This document shows, one piece after another, positions 48,957 through 61,465 of a stretch of DNA of 64,000 nt. The DNA lies in contig NC_047064.1 in NCBI RefSeq assembly GCF_902459465.1, forward strand, positions 640,762 to 704,761, given 5' to 3'. Numbering within the stretch: the first letter of the stretch is position 1; the number at the start of each line of letters is the position of its first letter. The translations under genes were made by a program, and so were the position numbers. The notes below the pieces were generated by a model. It ran no database searches. It worked only from the letters and a program-made list of their open reading frames with translations, and had not been told where the DNA came from. This DNA comes from Asterias rubens. Lineage: Eukaryota.

Positions 48957-49055
48957 GAGCCAATCAGCTTTCACAATGACTGATTGACAGCAAGTGGCAG
49001 CCAATCAGAGTGCATGAATGGTAAATCCCTTAACCAATCAGGAGTTTGGAATTAC
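48957..49055 (+). promoter_or_regulatory. cluster of three CCAAT boxes (AGCCAATCAG, CAGCCAATCAGAG, AACCAATCAGGAG) within 100 bp
   Basis: Motifs only. They are intergenic between the convergent PIP5K1 and DCLK 3' ends. Confidence 0.2.
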
Positions 49056-50504
49056 TAGGGGGCATAAGTGATCATGTTGCCCAATTTTAAAAAGACTGAA
49101 ACATTTTGGGGCAGGCAAGATACTACACTGTTGATATACATACATGTACACACAATTTTAGATTTTGTATTGTAACTCAATATAAAATAACGTCTGAAAC
49201 AGTGAAGAAAACAGTGTGCTAATATCCACTGTAGAATTTTAGAAGTTTTTGTTGTGCCTGCAGGAAATCTGACTATGACTCTGTTGTAAAAAATCTTGTT
49301 TCTCAAATAACATGGTCTGTGAAATTAGCAGGAACATTTCTGAACATTCAAATACTAATTCCAATCTCAATTTGATCATCCAGGTTTTGTCTTGGAAATC
49401 ATTTACCAATTCCAAGCTCAATTTGATCATGCAGATAGTTAACATTACAAGTCATGGTTTTCTTTAGATATGTAGTCTTTTCATTCCTCCCCAGAAATAA
49501 GAAATCTATGGAGCATTGGAAGTGCCATCTGACATGTTGAAATCCTGAGATAATTTCCTTGAAGATGGTAACATCAAAAACGAAAGATGACAACATCCTG
49601 AGATGGTATATCTCAAGATGACAACATCCTAAAGTAAGATGACATCTTCCCGATATATTTTATATAAGGATGTTGACATCATGAAGTAAATGATTACTTT
49701 CCAATATTATTATCTCAGGATGTTGTCTTCCTGAGCGTAAGACATCTACTTCCCGAGATAATCCATTATGGGATTGTAACAATTATCCTGAAAATGTCAA
49801 GAACCCAAGATAAATTATCTTTGGGAAGAAAACATTCTCAAGACATCATCCCAAGATCAATTTACTGCAGTTAGATGATGACATCCTGAGAAAATTGATC
49901 TCAATTCTCAAGACGTCATCAAGATGTCATCATCCCAAGATCAATTTTCTCAGGATGTCTTCATTTTACTGCAGTAAATTATCCCACAATTTCAAAAAGT
50001 TGGATGGCACTTACAAAGCTCCGAGATATCAGTATGTTAGAGAAGAAAGACTTGTTGGACACAACTCTTTGACCAAATGTTTAAAGAGAATACAATCCAG
50101 AATGTCAAATATATGGTTTTGTTAGAACTTCATGAGTTGAATTAAGTACTTTACAAATCTCCACAAATCAGTTAACATTGCGCACAAATCTGAAAAATGT
50201 TTTACATCTCTGTTATCTTGCTGTGTGATATTAAATTGTAAATCTGTTCCAAATAATTTTTGGGAAAAGTAAAGAAAATTTGTAATACATTTTTGAAAAA
50301 CAGATGAAAAAGCTAGCATGAGTTCAAAATACTCTGTTAGTTAGGGGGTGGCCGTTTTTTCAGACGGTTCCCAGTTAATACTTAAATGTTTTTGTTTGAT
50401 CTCAAATTGGGAATAAATAAGTTATGATAAGCATGTCCAAATTAGGATGAATCGATTGCTGACAAATCTGATACTAAATCTGATAAAATTACACAAATAT
50501 TGTT

Positions 50505-50778
50505 TACCTGTTTACCGGTTTAACTACTGACTGTTTTAAATGTTGACTGGTTTAACTGCGGACTGGTTTAACAGTTGACTGGTTTAACTGTTGTCTGGTT
50601 AAACTGTTGACTGGTTTATCAGTTGATCGATTTAACTACTTACTGGTTTAAGTGTTGACTGGTTTGACTGTTGACTGGTTAAACAGTTGACTGGTTTAAC
50701 AGTTGACTGGTTTAACAGTTGACTGGTTTAATATTTGACCGGTTTAACTGTTGGCTGGTTTAATTGATGACAGGTTAT
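50505..50778. repeat. 16-bp tandem repeat (GACTGGTTTAACAGTT) x~17
   Basis: Direct tandem repeat. Confidence 0.9.
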
Positions 50779-50924
50779 TGAGCCTGTGAGTTTTAGTTTG
50801 CTATATTAGCAACTGTATTATTTATATTTCACAGTTAATCTTTTGAAACTGTTATGATTGATAGAACTTTAAAAACCATTACATCAAGATGATAAATTTA
50901 TACATTAAATTTATATTATTATCG

Positions 50925-51293
50925 TTAAAGCCATTGGACCCTTTCGGTACAGAAAAAAAAAAGGTAACAGATTTACAAATAATTTACAGGGTTTACAGAA
51001 GGTAATGGTGAAAGACTTCTCTTGAAATATTAGTCCATGAAATGCTTTACTTTTTGAGAAAACGGTAAAACAATATAAATTCTCGTTAGCGAGAATTACG
51101 GATTTGTTATAAACACATGTCATGACACGGCGAAACGCGCGAAAACAGGAGTGGGTTTTCCCGTTATTTTCTCCCGACTCCGATGTCCGATTGAGCCTAA
51201 ATTTCTACAGGATTGTTATTTTATATATAAGTTGTGATACACGAAGTGTGGGACTTGGACAATATTGCTACCGAAAGCGTATAATGGCTTTAA
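50925..51293 (+). mobile_element. MITE-D full copy
   Basis: TIRs as for 44795-45165. Its interior (cggcgaaacgcgcg..ctcccgactccgatgtccgattgagcctaaattt) resembles the MITE-A interior. Confidence 0.7.
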
Positions 51294-51748
51294 GTTGAAG
51301 GGCATCTTAACAAGCTATGATTTGTTATTATTATTTTTGTAACTCACAGTTTGTTTTTATATATGCCGTGTGCAATGGAAGGAGTTTTATCAAATTCCTT
51401 GCAGATTGTTGAACCTCTTAGCTGCATAGGAATGTTACAACGCTGATGCAGCTTAAAGCCAAAACAAAGATGGCGCTGCTTACCACCTAATTCTGCTCTT
51501 ACGATACCCTGAGGGCGTGATTCTTTGGGCAGTAAGCACAGAAGTTGGCGGTAAGAAATGCCATTTTAAAACTAGAAACATTTATCACAATGTACACTAA
51601 ATGTGTATGACCTCCAGTAAGTAGTTTATTTTTGTACATAAACCTCCATTAGTTAACAGTGTAACTGTAGACGCTCTTTCAATATATGTTTATACAAACT
51701 GCCTATACACAACCCCTCTCATTGGATCGTAATTTCAAAGTATTTTTG

Positions 51749-52065
51749 TGGTTGAACAAAGAATTGACTAGAGTTGGATTCGAACCAACGACCTCCGGAT
51801 TAACGTGCCGGCGCTCTACCAACTGAGCTATCTAGCCCTATATTGGCGGTGTCCCTATTTTGTCAATATCTTTGTTCGGGGGTGCCAGTCAGAAGCCATA
51901 CAACCGTTAACTGCCTTGTAGCCAGGGATCACACCCAAAGTACGATACAACCTGGGAAGCGGCAGCCAGGGGATCACCATAAGTCAATTCTTTGTTCAAC
52001 CCCAAAAATCATTTCAAAATTTACCCAGTCAGTTTCCTTGTGGTTTATATTGATATTCAAAGTAT
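51749..52065 (-). mobile_element. composite tRNA-derived SINE locus with a full cloverleaf-capable tRNA-like head (GTT-anticodon-like loop ACGTTAA)
   Basis: rc = GGGCTAGATAGCTCAGTTGGTAGAGCGCCGGCACGTTAATCCGGAGGTCGTTGGTTCGAATCCAACTCTAGTCAATTC. The X region and tail are shared with 33434-33765. Confidence 0.55.
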
Positions 52066-54419
52066 TTTGTTATTTTTTCAGGATAGAGATGTAGTTAATT
52101 ATGCTAGTTCCCGACAGTAAAAATACTTTAGGCTTATTGTATTCATTTAAGATGATTTCATCAGAGTTTTTTTTCTTTCTTTTTTTTCAATTTTTATGCA
52201 AACTTGCCCCAAATAAGGCTTAAAGCAAGTAAGAACAATTTTAAAGATGAAAATAACTCGGGGGGGGGGGGGAGCTGGAAGTAGGAATTGATATTCCTCT
52301 TCAAACAATCTAGATTGTAGGATGGAATACATAATAGAAATGTCATAAAGTTTGGTCTGTTACGGTTAAGGAAAGAGACAGGGTTAGATTTGGGGTCGGG
52401 CAAGGGATAGTTTTGGGATACAGGAGAGTTAAGGGTAAGGTAGGTGTTCAATTTGAGTTTAGGGAGGTTCCTAGTCAAGCCTTTAGTTTCTGTCACTTGT
52501 TCAAGTTGATTGTACCAAAAAAACAGACACAATTTTTTACTCATTGTCTTCTGTACTTGTAATGATTTTATTTCTTACATATCATGCATGCTAAGTTTGG
52601 TTCAGAAGAAAAATATGTACACTGGATATATACTTACAAATTCTGATTTTATTAATTACATTATGTACTGTGTTTCTTATAGTTGGTTATAGTGTACATG
52701 TTAGGGTAACATACACACCAAAATAAAAGATATTTTCCTCAGAAATGTGAATTTGTAGCCAGACTTCTTGAAGACCTCTTGAAGACCTCTTGAAGCAAAA
52801 ACCTTGCAAAAATAAACTACAAAATGCCTACACTCAACAAGGTACAGGCTACGTCCACTTTTTAAAAACACACACTTTGCATATTATTTGTAATTTTTAA
52901 AATGTGAAACATTGAAGTTGCTTCCATATAAACTGTCATGTGCAGAACGCCTACAAAAATTACAAACATTAAACCATAATGATTTATTTGACATTTGTAA
53001 TTATCCAAACAGAACTCTATTTGTTAGACCCAAAGATTGAATCAAATGTTGCCATGCCATCACATATATCTCAAGGACTACACTCTGTGATTGGATGCTT
53101 TATATGTGACATCACATTTGCCATAGCAACATTGCTGTCTGTACATTCTACATTGCAATGGTTCGTGATATTCTCAACGTTAAGTGTGGCATTTAAAGGA
53201 TGACATGGTAACTTGTGCTGACCTTTATAAAAAGTATTAACTATCGTTTATTTTCTTAATATTGGAATTGAAGAAAATAACAAGAAATACACAATGGACA
53301 TAAATAATATTATACATGTAACATGACTATCTGCAGCAAAACAGTAAACTATTATATAAGTAGTTTGTACTTGAGAAATAACTATTGTCAAAACTTTATT
53401 TTAACCCGGTTGTCCTTTATCGAAATAATATATTTACATTTATAAATATATTTTTTTGGAAACTAAAGCGGTTCACTGGTTTGAAATTTACATTTAATAC
53501 AATAATTTTATAATTCACAAAAATGAAGTTTAAATATAATTTGTTTGTTTATAAAAAGTTGTCGGGCAAAGCATTTCTATAGATTTGAAGTGAAGATTTC
53601 TCCGGAATATTTCCTTTTAAGTCATAAAAAACTAATTGATACAAACAATGTTTGTTGAAGTATTTGTTATAAATATAGTCAAAAAAATCAAAAGTATCAT
53701 CATGAAAAGATGCATCTATTAATTTGGCTGATCAAAACAAAATTTTCAAATTTTTGACATCATGAAAACATGCCACAAGAACCCCCTGACTTAAAGCAAA
53801 TTTGGAATGCAGTGGAAGACTGTTGAATTTCATCGTCAAGTTTAAGTGTAAAATAAAAACACCACAAATATGGAAAACAACCCTAACATTTGCATTTTGT
53901 ACAATTACAACCATCAAGGTGAAATGTGGAAGATTATAACAGGGAAGTGAAAATACAAAATACAACATCACCAGAAAAAAAACATTGGAAATCTGTAGAA
54001 TTTTCCATCTGTATATCTTTGGCAAACGTCTTCTTATCTAGTGCTATTGGTCAAAGTTTCCCCCTTACTATTCATGTCATCGCTAATTTCAGTGGCATAC
54101 CTATCAATATCACCACCTAACTGTAAAAATTTGCCCTAAAGGAATTTCTTAAAGAAATATGTTCTTTTTGTGTCATATTTGAACTTCTATCCTTGACGAC
54201 TACATATAAAAACTCAAAATTTTGATATAAGGATGGAATGATCACACATCATGAGAAAATAGTCAGGCTCCTGCTATACACTGAGGATCAGTACTTGTGG
54301 GTGAACAGGAAACCAGACAGGAATAAGACTGAGGCTAAACATGCTGGGCTGAAGATTTAACACTATCTGTCATAGCTTTTCTATTGAGCCTGTTCCACTC
54401 TATCCTACAGGCACCAATA

Positions 54420-54637
54420 GACCCTTCCCATGAAATATGTAAATTGCACATAGCGCATGCGCACTAACGTTTTGGTTGGCAAAATGAGGGAACATCGCGC
54501 TGTTTTGTACACGGCTAATGGGTGCGTGACGCAGACGCGATTGCGCGTCTGCTTAGTGCACAACTCTATGGTAATTGCCAACCAACAGAGTCTGTACGCA
54601 TGCGTGAATGTAATTAGAATATTTCATGGGAAGGGTC
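54420..54637. mobile_element. MITE-F copy 2 (in the DCLK 3' flank/UTR)
   Basis: See 1567-1783. Confidence 0.55.
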
Positions 54638-54911
54638 CATTGAATAGAAAGGAATTGACGCTTGCGAAGCATGCAATTCCACACTTACGTCAAGTGTAAT
54701 TTACAGGTTAGCAGGAGTTTATTCTGCTTGTGTGTGTATGTACTCCACGTTACTAGGCTTACGCAGCTAGCGCAGAAATTTGGCCCTTTCATAGTAAGCA
54801 AGAACAGAGATTGTAAGCGCAGAATTCGGCGGTCAGCACAGCCATGAAGTTAGGCCCTGAAGACGTCCAGCTTGAGGTACAAGACGGATTCCCCCCCCCT
54901 CCCTCACTCTT

Positions 54912-55123
54912 CTATCGAACCCCTCCTCCTCCTTTACGCCTTCCACTCTTCCTGCCTTCAAAGTTCTTCTCTAGATTCATAGAAACTTCTCTCTGTAGAT
55001 TTGGGAGCGCTTCTTTAAGCTTTCCTCCTCCGCTGGTGATCCATGGATGTTTCATGACTTGCTTTGCCGTATAGCGTTTCCTTCGACTGACTACCAGAAG
55101 ATGATCAATTAAATCTTTGGCAC
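54912..55123 (-). CDS. DCLK: DCLK-like terminal coding exon: SAKDLIDHLLVVSRRKRYTAKQVMKHPWITSGGGKLKEALPNLQ...GGGGVR* (stop at 54914-54912)
   Basis: Matches DCLK1 [29 protein letters not shown]. The acceptor is aacag|GT (plus strand 55124-55125). A possible AATAAA lies on the minus strand at 54722-54717. Confidence 0.85.
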
Positions 55124-56929
55124 CTGTTGGAGAGACACAGTAATCATAAGTACCAAAACTTAACTCTAGATATCACATCGTCAGATTCTATTTAAATATA
55201 GAACTGACATTTAACAAATGTTACACCCTTCATTTTATTATTTATTGAGGGAATTAGGATTTGCAACATGATTACAAATGTTCGAAATTTTGTTTTTATT
55301 CAAATACGGATTTAAACCCTTCATTTTTAATTTTTATTATTTATATTATATGAAATTTGCCACAAATTTCTAGCCTTGGAAATCTAATGGAATGCTTAAG
55401 TTTTGTTGTAAATACTGTCCTTTGATTTAATTAATATATTTTTGTTTAATTAATTTTAAGAACTAACATTATTTAAAAGACAAATTTTTTTAATTGAAAA
55501 GTACAATTTCATGAACATCAAAGAACAGTTGAGCATGTTCAACCCAGAAATGCTCATTAAAAAAACCTGTTCTTTTCAGAACCAACACAACTCGTGGAGA
55601 GACATTTCCTGTGCATTGTGTTACCACAAACTCTGCCGTGAAAATTCCCCTTTTTATTTGTAGTTTGGTCCAGGGTTCACCCTCAACAAGTCAGTGACTT
55701 GTGAAGATGAGATTAACACATTCATTTCAGTTATTTAACTTATACATGTATCAGTACACATCCAGTAGGACTACTTTCCTTGGGGTAACGCCCATTCAGT
55801 CCAGCTGTCTTTGTTTAGCAGCATGGTCAAGAACAAAGACTTTCTAAACAATGACATTCCTAGTTCTTAGTTTTCCAGACCTGGCCAGTGAAAGCTAAGA
55901 TAGGGTGAGTTGGCTTTTTGGGTGTGACCAGATAACATCATGTGTGTGGATGGCTGAAGGTTCAGCACATGCTGCAATGTACCATGGAGGAAGGAAATGC
56001 TACTAGGCTGGCCCAGAATCAGAGTAAGTTATTTTGTATACTTTGGAAAGTATTACTCAAGTTTTAAAGATACTTGTGTGATTTGCTTTTAAATTATAGT
56101 CTATACCATAATGGATTCTGCAGATATGTATCAATCTGCTACACCTTTTACTTTCAGCTGCCAATATTATTGTTGATATTAACCAAGGCATAGAAGTAAG
56201 CATTCACATGTAATAAGGTTCTCCCCAGAGTGTTAAACAAAAAATGGCATTCTGGATTTAAAATTGGCCGAAGCAAGCTGTCTTCAAACAAGGCCCTCAG
56301 AATGTATTTACTTGATGTTTATGTTTAGTTTAACAGGATTTCCGTGCAAATTTGAACATTTATTGTTTGTTTTTTTATTAAGAAAAACATTATCAGTAAG
56401 ATTTCTGTATCCTGCCACCATTCTTTTACTAATTCGTGGCAGGGTACAGACATTTTTAGAAAAATCTGACAATGATGAAATGAACAGAAAGAATGTGCAT
56501 GCACTGAACCATTGCACCAGTAAGAGGAGTACTTATATTGTGTGACATGTAGTGTGGGCTATGGGCTTCGTTTCTGTACAGTGCATTGTGTGTGCATGCT
56601 CATTGGAAATGCATTTATAGGTATCAGGGAAAAGATATTTTCTGCAGAGTAGAATTTCATTAAAGTACTTAGTGAAGGACAAAAATATAATGAAGCGCAA
56701 CAAAGCAAATCCAACAATGATAAATAATTACAACTATTTAAAACAAAAAAATAATAAAATTTAATGTTTCCAAGTCACATAAAGTTCTTCAAAGCGCTGT
56801 ACAATTAAAAATTCACACGTTATTAAGGAATACATATAAAAATCAGTTCAAACAAGAGACAAATAATTAAAAAAATAACAATTACAATTGAGTGATTCTT
56901 AGAAGGGTAGATTTTGATTGGTTACTTAC

Positions 56930-57097
56930 TATCTGAGATATTATCCCAATACGGTGAGAGGTAAACAAACTCTCCTGATTGGATGATTTCAAATAACTCT
57001 TCTTGGTCTCGATCTAAACTTCGGAATGGTGGAAACCCACACAGTAAGATGTAACAAATGACACCAGTAGCCCACATGTCAACCTCTAGGCCGTAAC
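56930..57097 (-). CDS. DCLK: DCLK-like kinase exon (subdomains IX-XI): [55 protein letters not shown]
   Basis: Matches DCLK1 [55 protein letters not shown]. The acceptor is ttccag|GT and the donor is A|gtaagt. Confidence 0.9.
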
Positions 57098-57468
57098 CTG
57101 GAAAGGCAAAATCAAAATAATCTCATTCAGTCTCGATAGTATTAGTGGTTTTTACTCGACCAAATCAACACAACGAGGAACAAAGTACAATGAAAACTAA
57201 GTAAATTTGATAAAATAAAGTACGAGGAAAGATCCAAGAAAGTAAGCAATAAATAAACACTAGGGGGGCCCGAAATACAAGAAACCCATGGCACCTAGAG
57301 GACGTGTCTCCATTTAAACAGTAGCCCAGTTCCGAGACAAATCTCACAACTCTTTCTTTTCCATTTCAGGAACAATACTTCTTCCAAAAAAAATTCATAA
57401 ATTGTCACTTTATAAATTTTAAAGACAATTTTGAGCTTAAGGAGGGAAAAAGGAGGTGAAATATTTAC

Positions 57469-57601
57469 CTGTTTCTGCTAGTATTTCCGGAGCCACATAA
57501 GTTGGAGTTCCACAGACTGTAAAGATGGGTGATTTAACCTCCATAGCCAGACCAAAGTCAGCTAGCTTTAAAGTCACATCTCCTGAAGATGATTTGCTGA
57601 T
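57469..57601 (-). CDS. DCLK: DCLK-like kinase exon (subdomains VII-VIII): [45 protein letters not shown]
   Basis: Matches DCLK1 [38 protein letters not shown]. The acceptor is ttccag and the donor is G|gtaaat. The phases link both neighbouring exons. Confidence 0.9.
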
Positions 57602-59798
57602 CTGGAAACAAAGAAACAAATCTCATAACCTTCACTATTCTCAAGCTATATTATAATTATATCTCATTCATTAAGGTTCTTTGTATAGATCGTTAGCCTT
57701 CCAGGCATCAAGCATGTCGACAGATCTGCACATTTTAAACTGCAAACAAAGAATGGAAATGGCCAACCACTTTACTTTGTACAGCTAGTGTTGTCCCTAC
57801 TATTTATTAGACGAATTAGAGGACATAAGTTAACAACTGAAAGTGTCATGCGTGTAAATGAGACCAGTGTATTCACAGCTCAAAAACAGATTTTGTCTGA
57901 ATAGTTTTTAAAAACCTGCCACTTTTGGCAGATTGAGTACTATTTATTTACTTGATTGATTAAGAAACGTGTGCAGTAAGAAACACAAAATTCATTGTAG
58001 TCTATCTATGACACAGAGATGTTTGGATTGATCAGTTATTTTGTATCTGAGGATGAAAGTCAGATAATCAGTTAAGACTGTAGTATTTTCTATAAAGACT
58101 TTAGTAACAAGAAAACAAACTGATAAATGTACCTGAATTTATTCACAATTATTAGCGATGATGCAAAATAAACAGATTTAGGAATAAGCAACAGCAATGA
58201 AAACAGGTAGTGATTTGAATGCAAGGCAAACGTAAACAAGCATCAGCAGTGAAAACCAAAATCACCCATGAAAATAAATTGTGTATGAACATTCAAATGA
58301 ATTCTTCAATCCATCAATATTGATCAACAACGAGCAAGTTCAGATGGATATTTGATATTATACAATGCATGTAACCAGTGAACAAAACAAACATCAAACT
58401 CAGTGAGTGCTTCCTTACAGCTTATTTCCCATTTTTGTAAACAGCTAAAATGTTAATACATGTCCACGGTATTTCTGTTGCCCAATGATCAGGCAGAACA
58501 TATTATTCGCTTGATCAAGGATAGCGAAGCTATGTCTGTTTGCAATGGATTTACTGACCTTGTAGATAACGTTGTTAGAAATGTTTGGATTGGCTGGAAT
58601 CAATAATTAAAGCTTTTCAATTCAATCACAGGGATGTAGGAATGTAATATTAGCCAAGGAATGTTATTACTAAAGCTCTACTCATATTAAGGACCAATGC
58701 TTGCAAATTACTCATGGATTTCAAATATCTTGTCCCAACACAATTTTTCAGATGGGGGATAAATAATATAATAATAATAGTGGCTTCTTATACATTTGCC
58801 ACACAGTGACATACATTTTTACCATACATTTTTTCCTGCAAGTTATGTGGATAACTAAAACTGTTTCCCTCAATCTTTTCTTCTTTTCTCAATCCATTAA
58901 TTTTATAATGTACCCATTAATGTTTGTGAAATTTTTGAAATGTGTTAAAATATTTGAAGCAACACAAAGAGGATTTTCACACTAAATTTGAGGACTCACC
59001 TTTCGATTGGCAAACTAGCCAAGCAGAAGAATCAAGAAAAAATGGAATGAAATGAAGAGAGGAAATGACAAGATATTAATATGAAAATAAAATATGATGA
59101 ATGAAGGGGAATTGTTAAATTCATGCATTTTCACGGCACACAAAGTAAAAACCTCTAATTAACCCCCACCCCTTGCAAAATGTCCTTCGTTTCTTTACAG
59201 TATGAAAATATTTCATAGAGATGCCCTTATTTAAAATTGTAAAGTTGTCAATAAAACTCCCACAGTAATATGCTTCATCATGTTAAGCAGGGGCAGATTT
59301 GATTGCTTCCAAGATTGGTTGCCATCTGCGACTCAACGCTCAAAATTTAACGCATGGATTAGTAAGATGTATAGTGTTGAATTTAGCTAAGTCGTAGAAG
59401 TGTTTTAAAAAACACAAATCGTGCCTCTTGAACAAGATGACACATACAGGCGTTGAACTTCACAATTTGCCTCTGGTAAGAGGCACTCCACATGTATTGG
59501 AACTGCGAAGGTCACCACTGCAATTGCTGTGGCTGCAGCGGGTTATTTCAAGGCCTGCACATATTACCGTTGACACGTTTATAGTAGCTACAATGAAAAT
59601 CTTAAATCAAATAACAATTATTTTGATGAATGCACTGTTCATGCCAGCCATGCATGGTTTAACTTAAGCCTCCATCTCCAACACAAATTAAGTGTGGATG
59701 GGTTTTTGGATGCTTTACAAACTATGATTATTCTTCTTCCTCGTTACAGAAACAACTTTTGAATATTCACAATCATTTCAGTTTATCCTTCAACTTAC

Positions 59799-61465
59799 CA
59801 GTAAGTTTTCTGGCTTCAGATCGCGATGCACGATATTAAGTCCATGAAGGTAAGCGAGGGCGCTAGCCATATCGCTAATGATAATTGCTGCATCTGCTTC
59901 AGTGAACTTTACACTTTCTGTAATGGCGTCAAACAGATCTCCTCCCTTGATGTACTCCATCACGAGGTAGATGTTTTCCTCTGTCTCATGCTCCTCAAAG
60001 AGCTTCGCGATGTTTGGATGTTTGATATTCTTCATGATCCCAATCTCGTTCTCAATCATATGTTCTTTACTTGTCAGTTTTGATTTGTCAACAATCTTCA
60101 TCGCGAAAACCTGATCTGTGTTTTTCAATGTTGCCTCGTGGACATCGGCAAAATTACCGTCTCCTATTTTGGGGCCGATGGTGTACCTCTTGAGGATGGA
60201 GTCCTTGTCAACGATCTCCCGAGGATCGGAAGAAAAATTTGGTTTGTTCTCTTTGTCGTTTGATGAGTTGTCTTCATCAAGAATGTTAAGTTCACGTTTA
60301 TCATAATTGATCTCATCACTTGGAATATCGTCAGAGTATGAATCTTGATTACCAAATAATTCTTTTTCATCTTCCAGTTCTGCTCTATCATCATATTCTA
60401 GTTCATCTTCTAATTCGGACAATCTCTTCCGGTCCTCTTCTTCTAACCTCTTCTCTTCTTCACGTCTTCTCTCAGTTTCTTCTTCTTCACGTTTTTTCTT
60501 TGCATCCTCCTCCTCCTTTCTCTTTCGTTCCTCTTCTTCTTTCTTCTTAAGTGATTCCTCTATAGCTTTGAGCTCTGCCTCTTTCTTAGCAATAGCCTTA
60601 AGACGTTCCTTCTCTGACTTTGTTTTCTTATCTGCTGCCAGTTGTTTTTCCAGATCTTCTTCTCGCTTCTTAAGTTCTTTTTCTTTCCGTCTTAATTCTT
60701 CCTCTTTCTTCAGGTTTGCTTCCTCCCTCTCCACCTCATCTTTACTCTTCTCCTCAACATCTTTATCCCCTCTTGGAGATTTTTCAATGTCTTTTATTTT
60801 TCTCTCTGATTTTTTCTGCGGACGAATGCTCAAGCTCTCGCTTCTTTCATCGTCTTCAAGACTGCTATCAGTCTTACTTTCTCTACCCTTAGTCCGTCTC
60901 CTATTACCCTTGGTATAAGGCATATTAGGAAAGCTATCCGCATAGACTTCAGCAACTTCATCTCGTGTTAGTGGATGTTTAGATGTTGATGCAATGAAAG
61001 CATCGTCAGGATTCCTGAAGAAATCAGCCACACCTTTAACTTCTTTCCCGCTTATCGTAAACAGCTTCCTAATCCTATGATTCTTATACTTAGGAAGTCC
61101 AAATGCATCGGAGATGTCTTGGACAAGCTGCTCGTAAGATTGAACGCTACGTTTGTTCAATAAGAGAGAAACTATTTGCGGAGGTTTTGCTCCTGCCTTA
61201 GCAATCTTACAGAGTTTTGGTTTGGATGGACTGTGATCAGAATAAAGCACCCCAGTAGACTTTGAGACTGGGTCCATCTCCCTGTGAGATAGCGGAGGTC
61301 TCCTGACACTAGAGAAAGAGAATGACACTGGTCCACTTCCACCCTTCTTGAGAGATCCTGGCCCTCCTACTGGGCTTCTTGCGTAGGCAGCTGCGTATTT
61401 GCCAGTACTTGGGTAAGAGTAGCTTAAATGTCCGTACAGATCACTCTGGAGCTGACTGTGTTTAC
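59799..61465 (-). CDS. DCLK: DCLK-like exon: Ser-rich linker, second doublecortin repeat, ~190-aa Glu/Lys-rich coiled-coil, and kinase subdomains I-VIb (to HRDLKPENLL)
   Basis: ORF 59790..61328(-). KPKLCKIAKAGAKPPQIVSLLLNKRSVQSYEQLVQDISDAFGL...ADFFRNPDDAFIA matches the DCLK1 C-terminal DC repeat ([43 protein letters not shown]). Kinase motifs GDGNFADV, AMKIV and HRDLKPEN are present. The donor is CTG|gtaagt (plus strand 59798-59793). The acceptor cag|GT at 61466-61467 is inferred. The frame has a stop at 61476-61478, so the exon start must lie within 61329-61475. Confidence 0.85.

Noticed and set aside
60568-60918. 116-aa Ser/Leu-rich ORF on the plus strand
   Set aside because: It is the antisense frame of the GAA/AAG-rich coiled-coil coding region of DCLK, so it is a compositional artefact.
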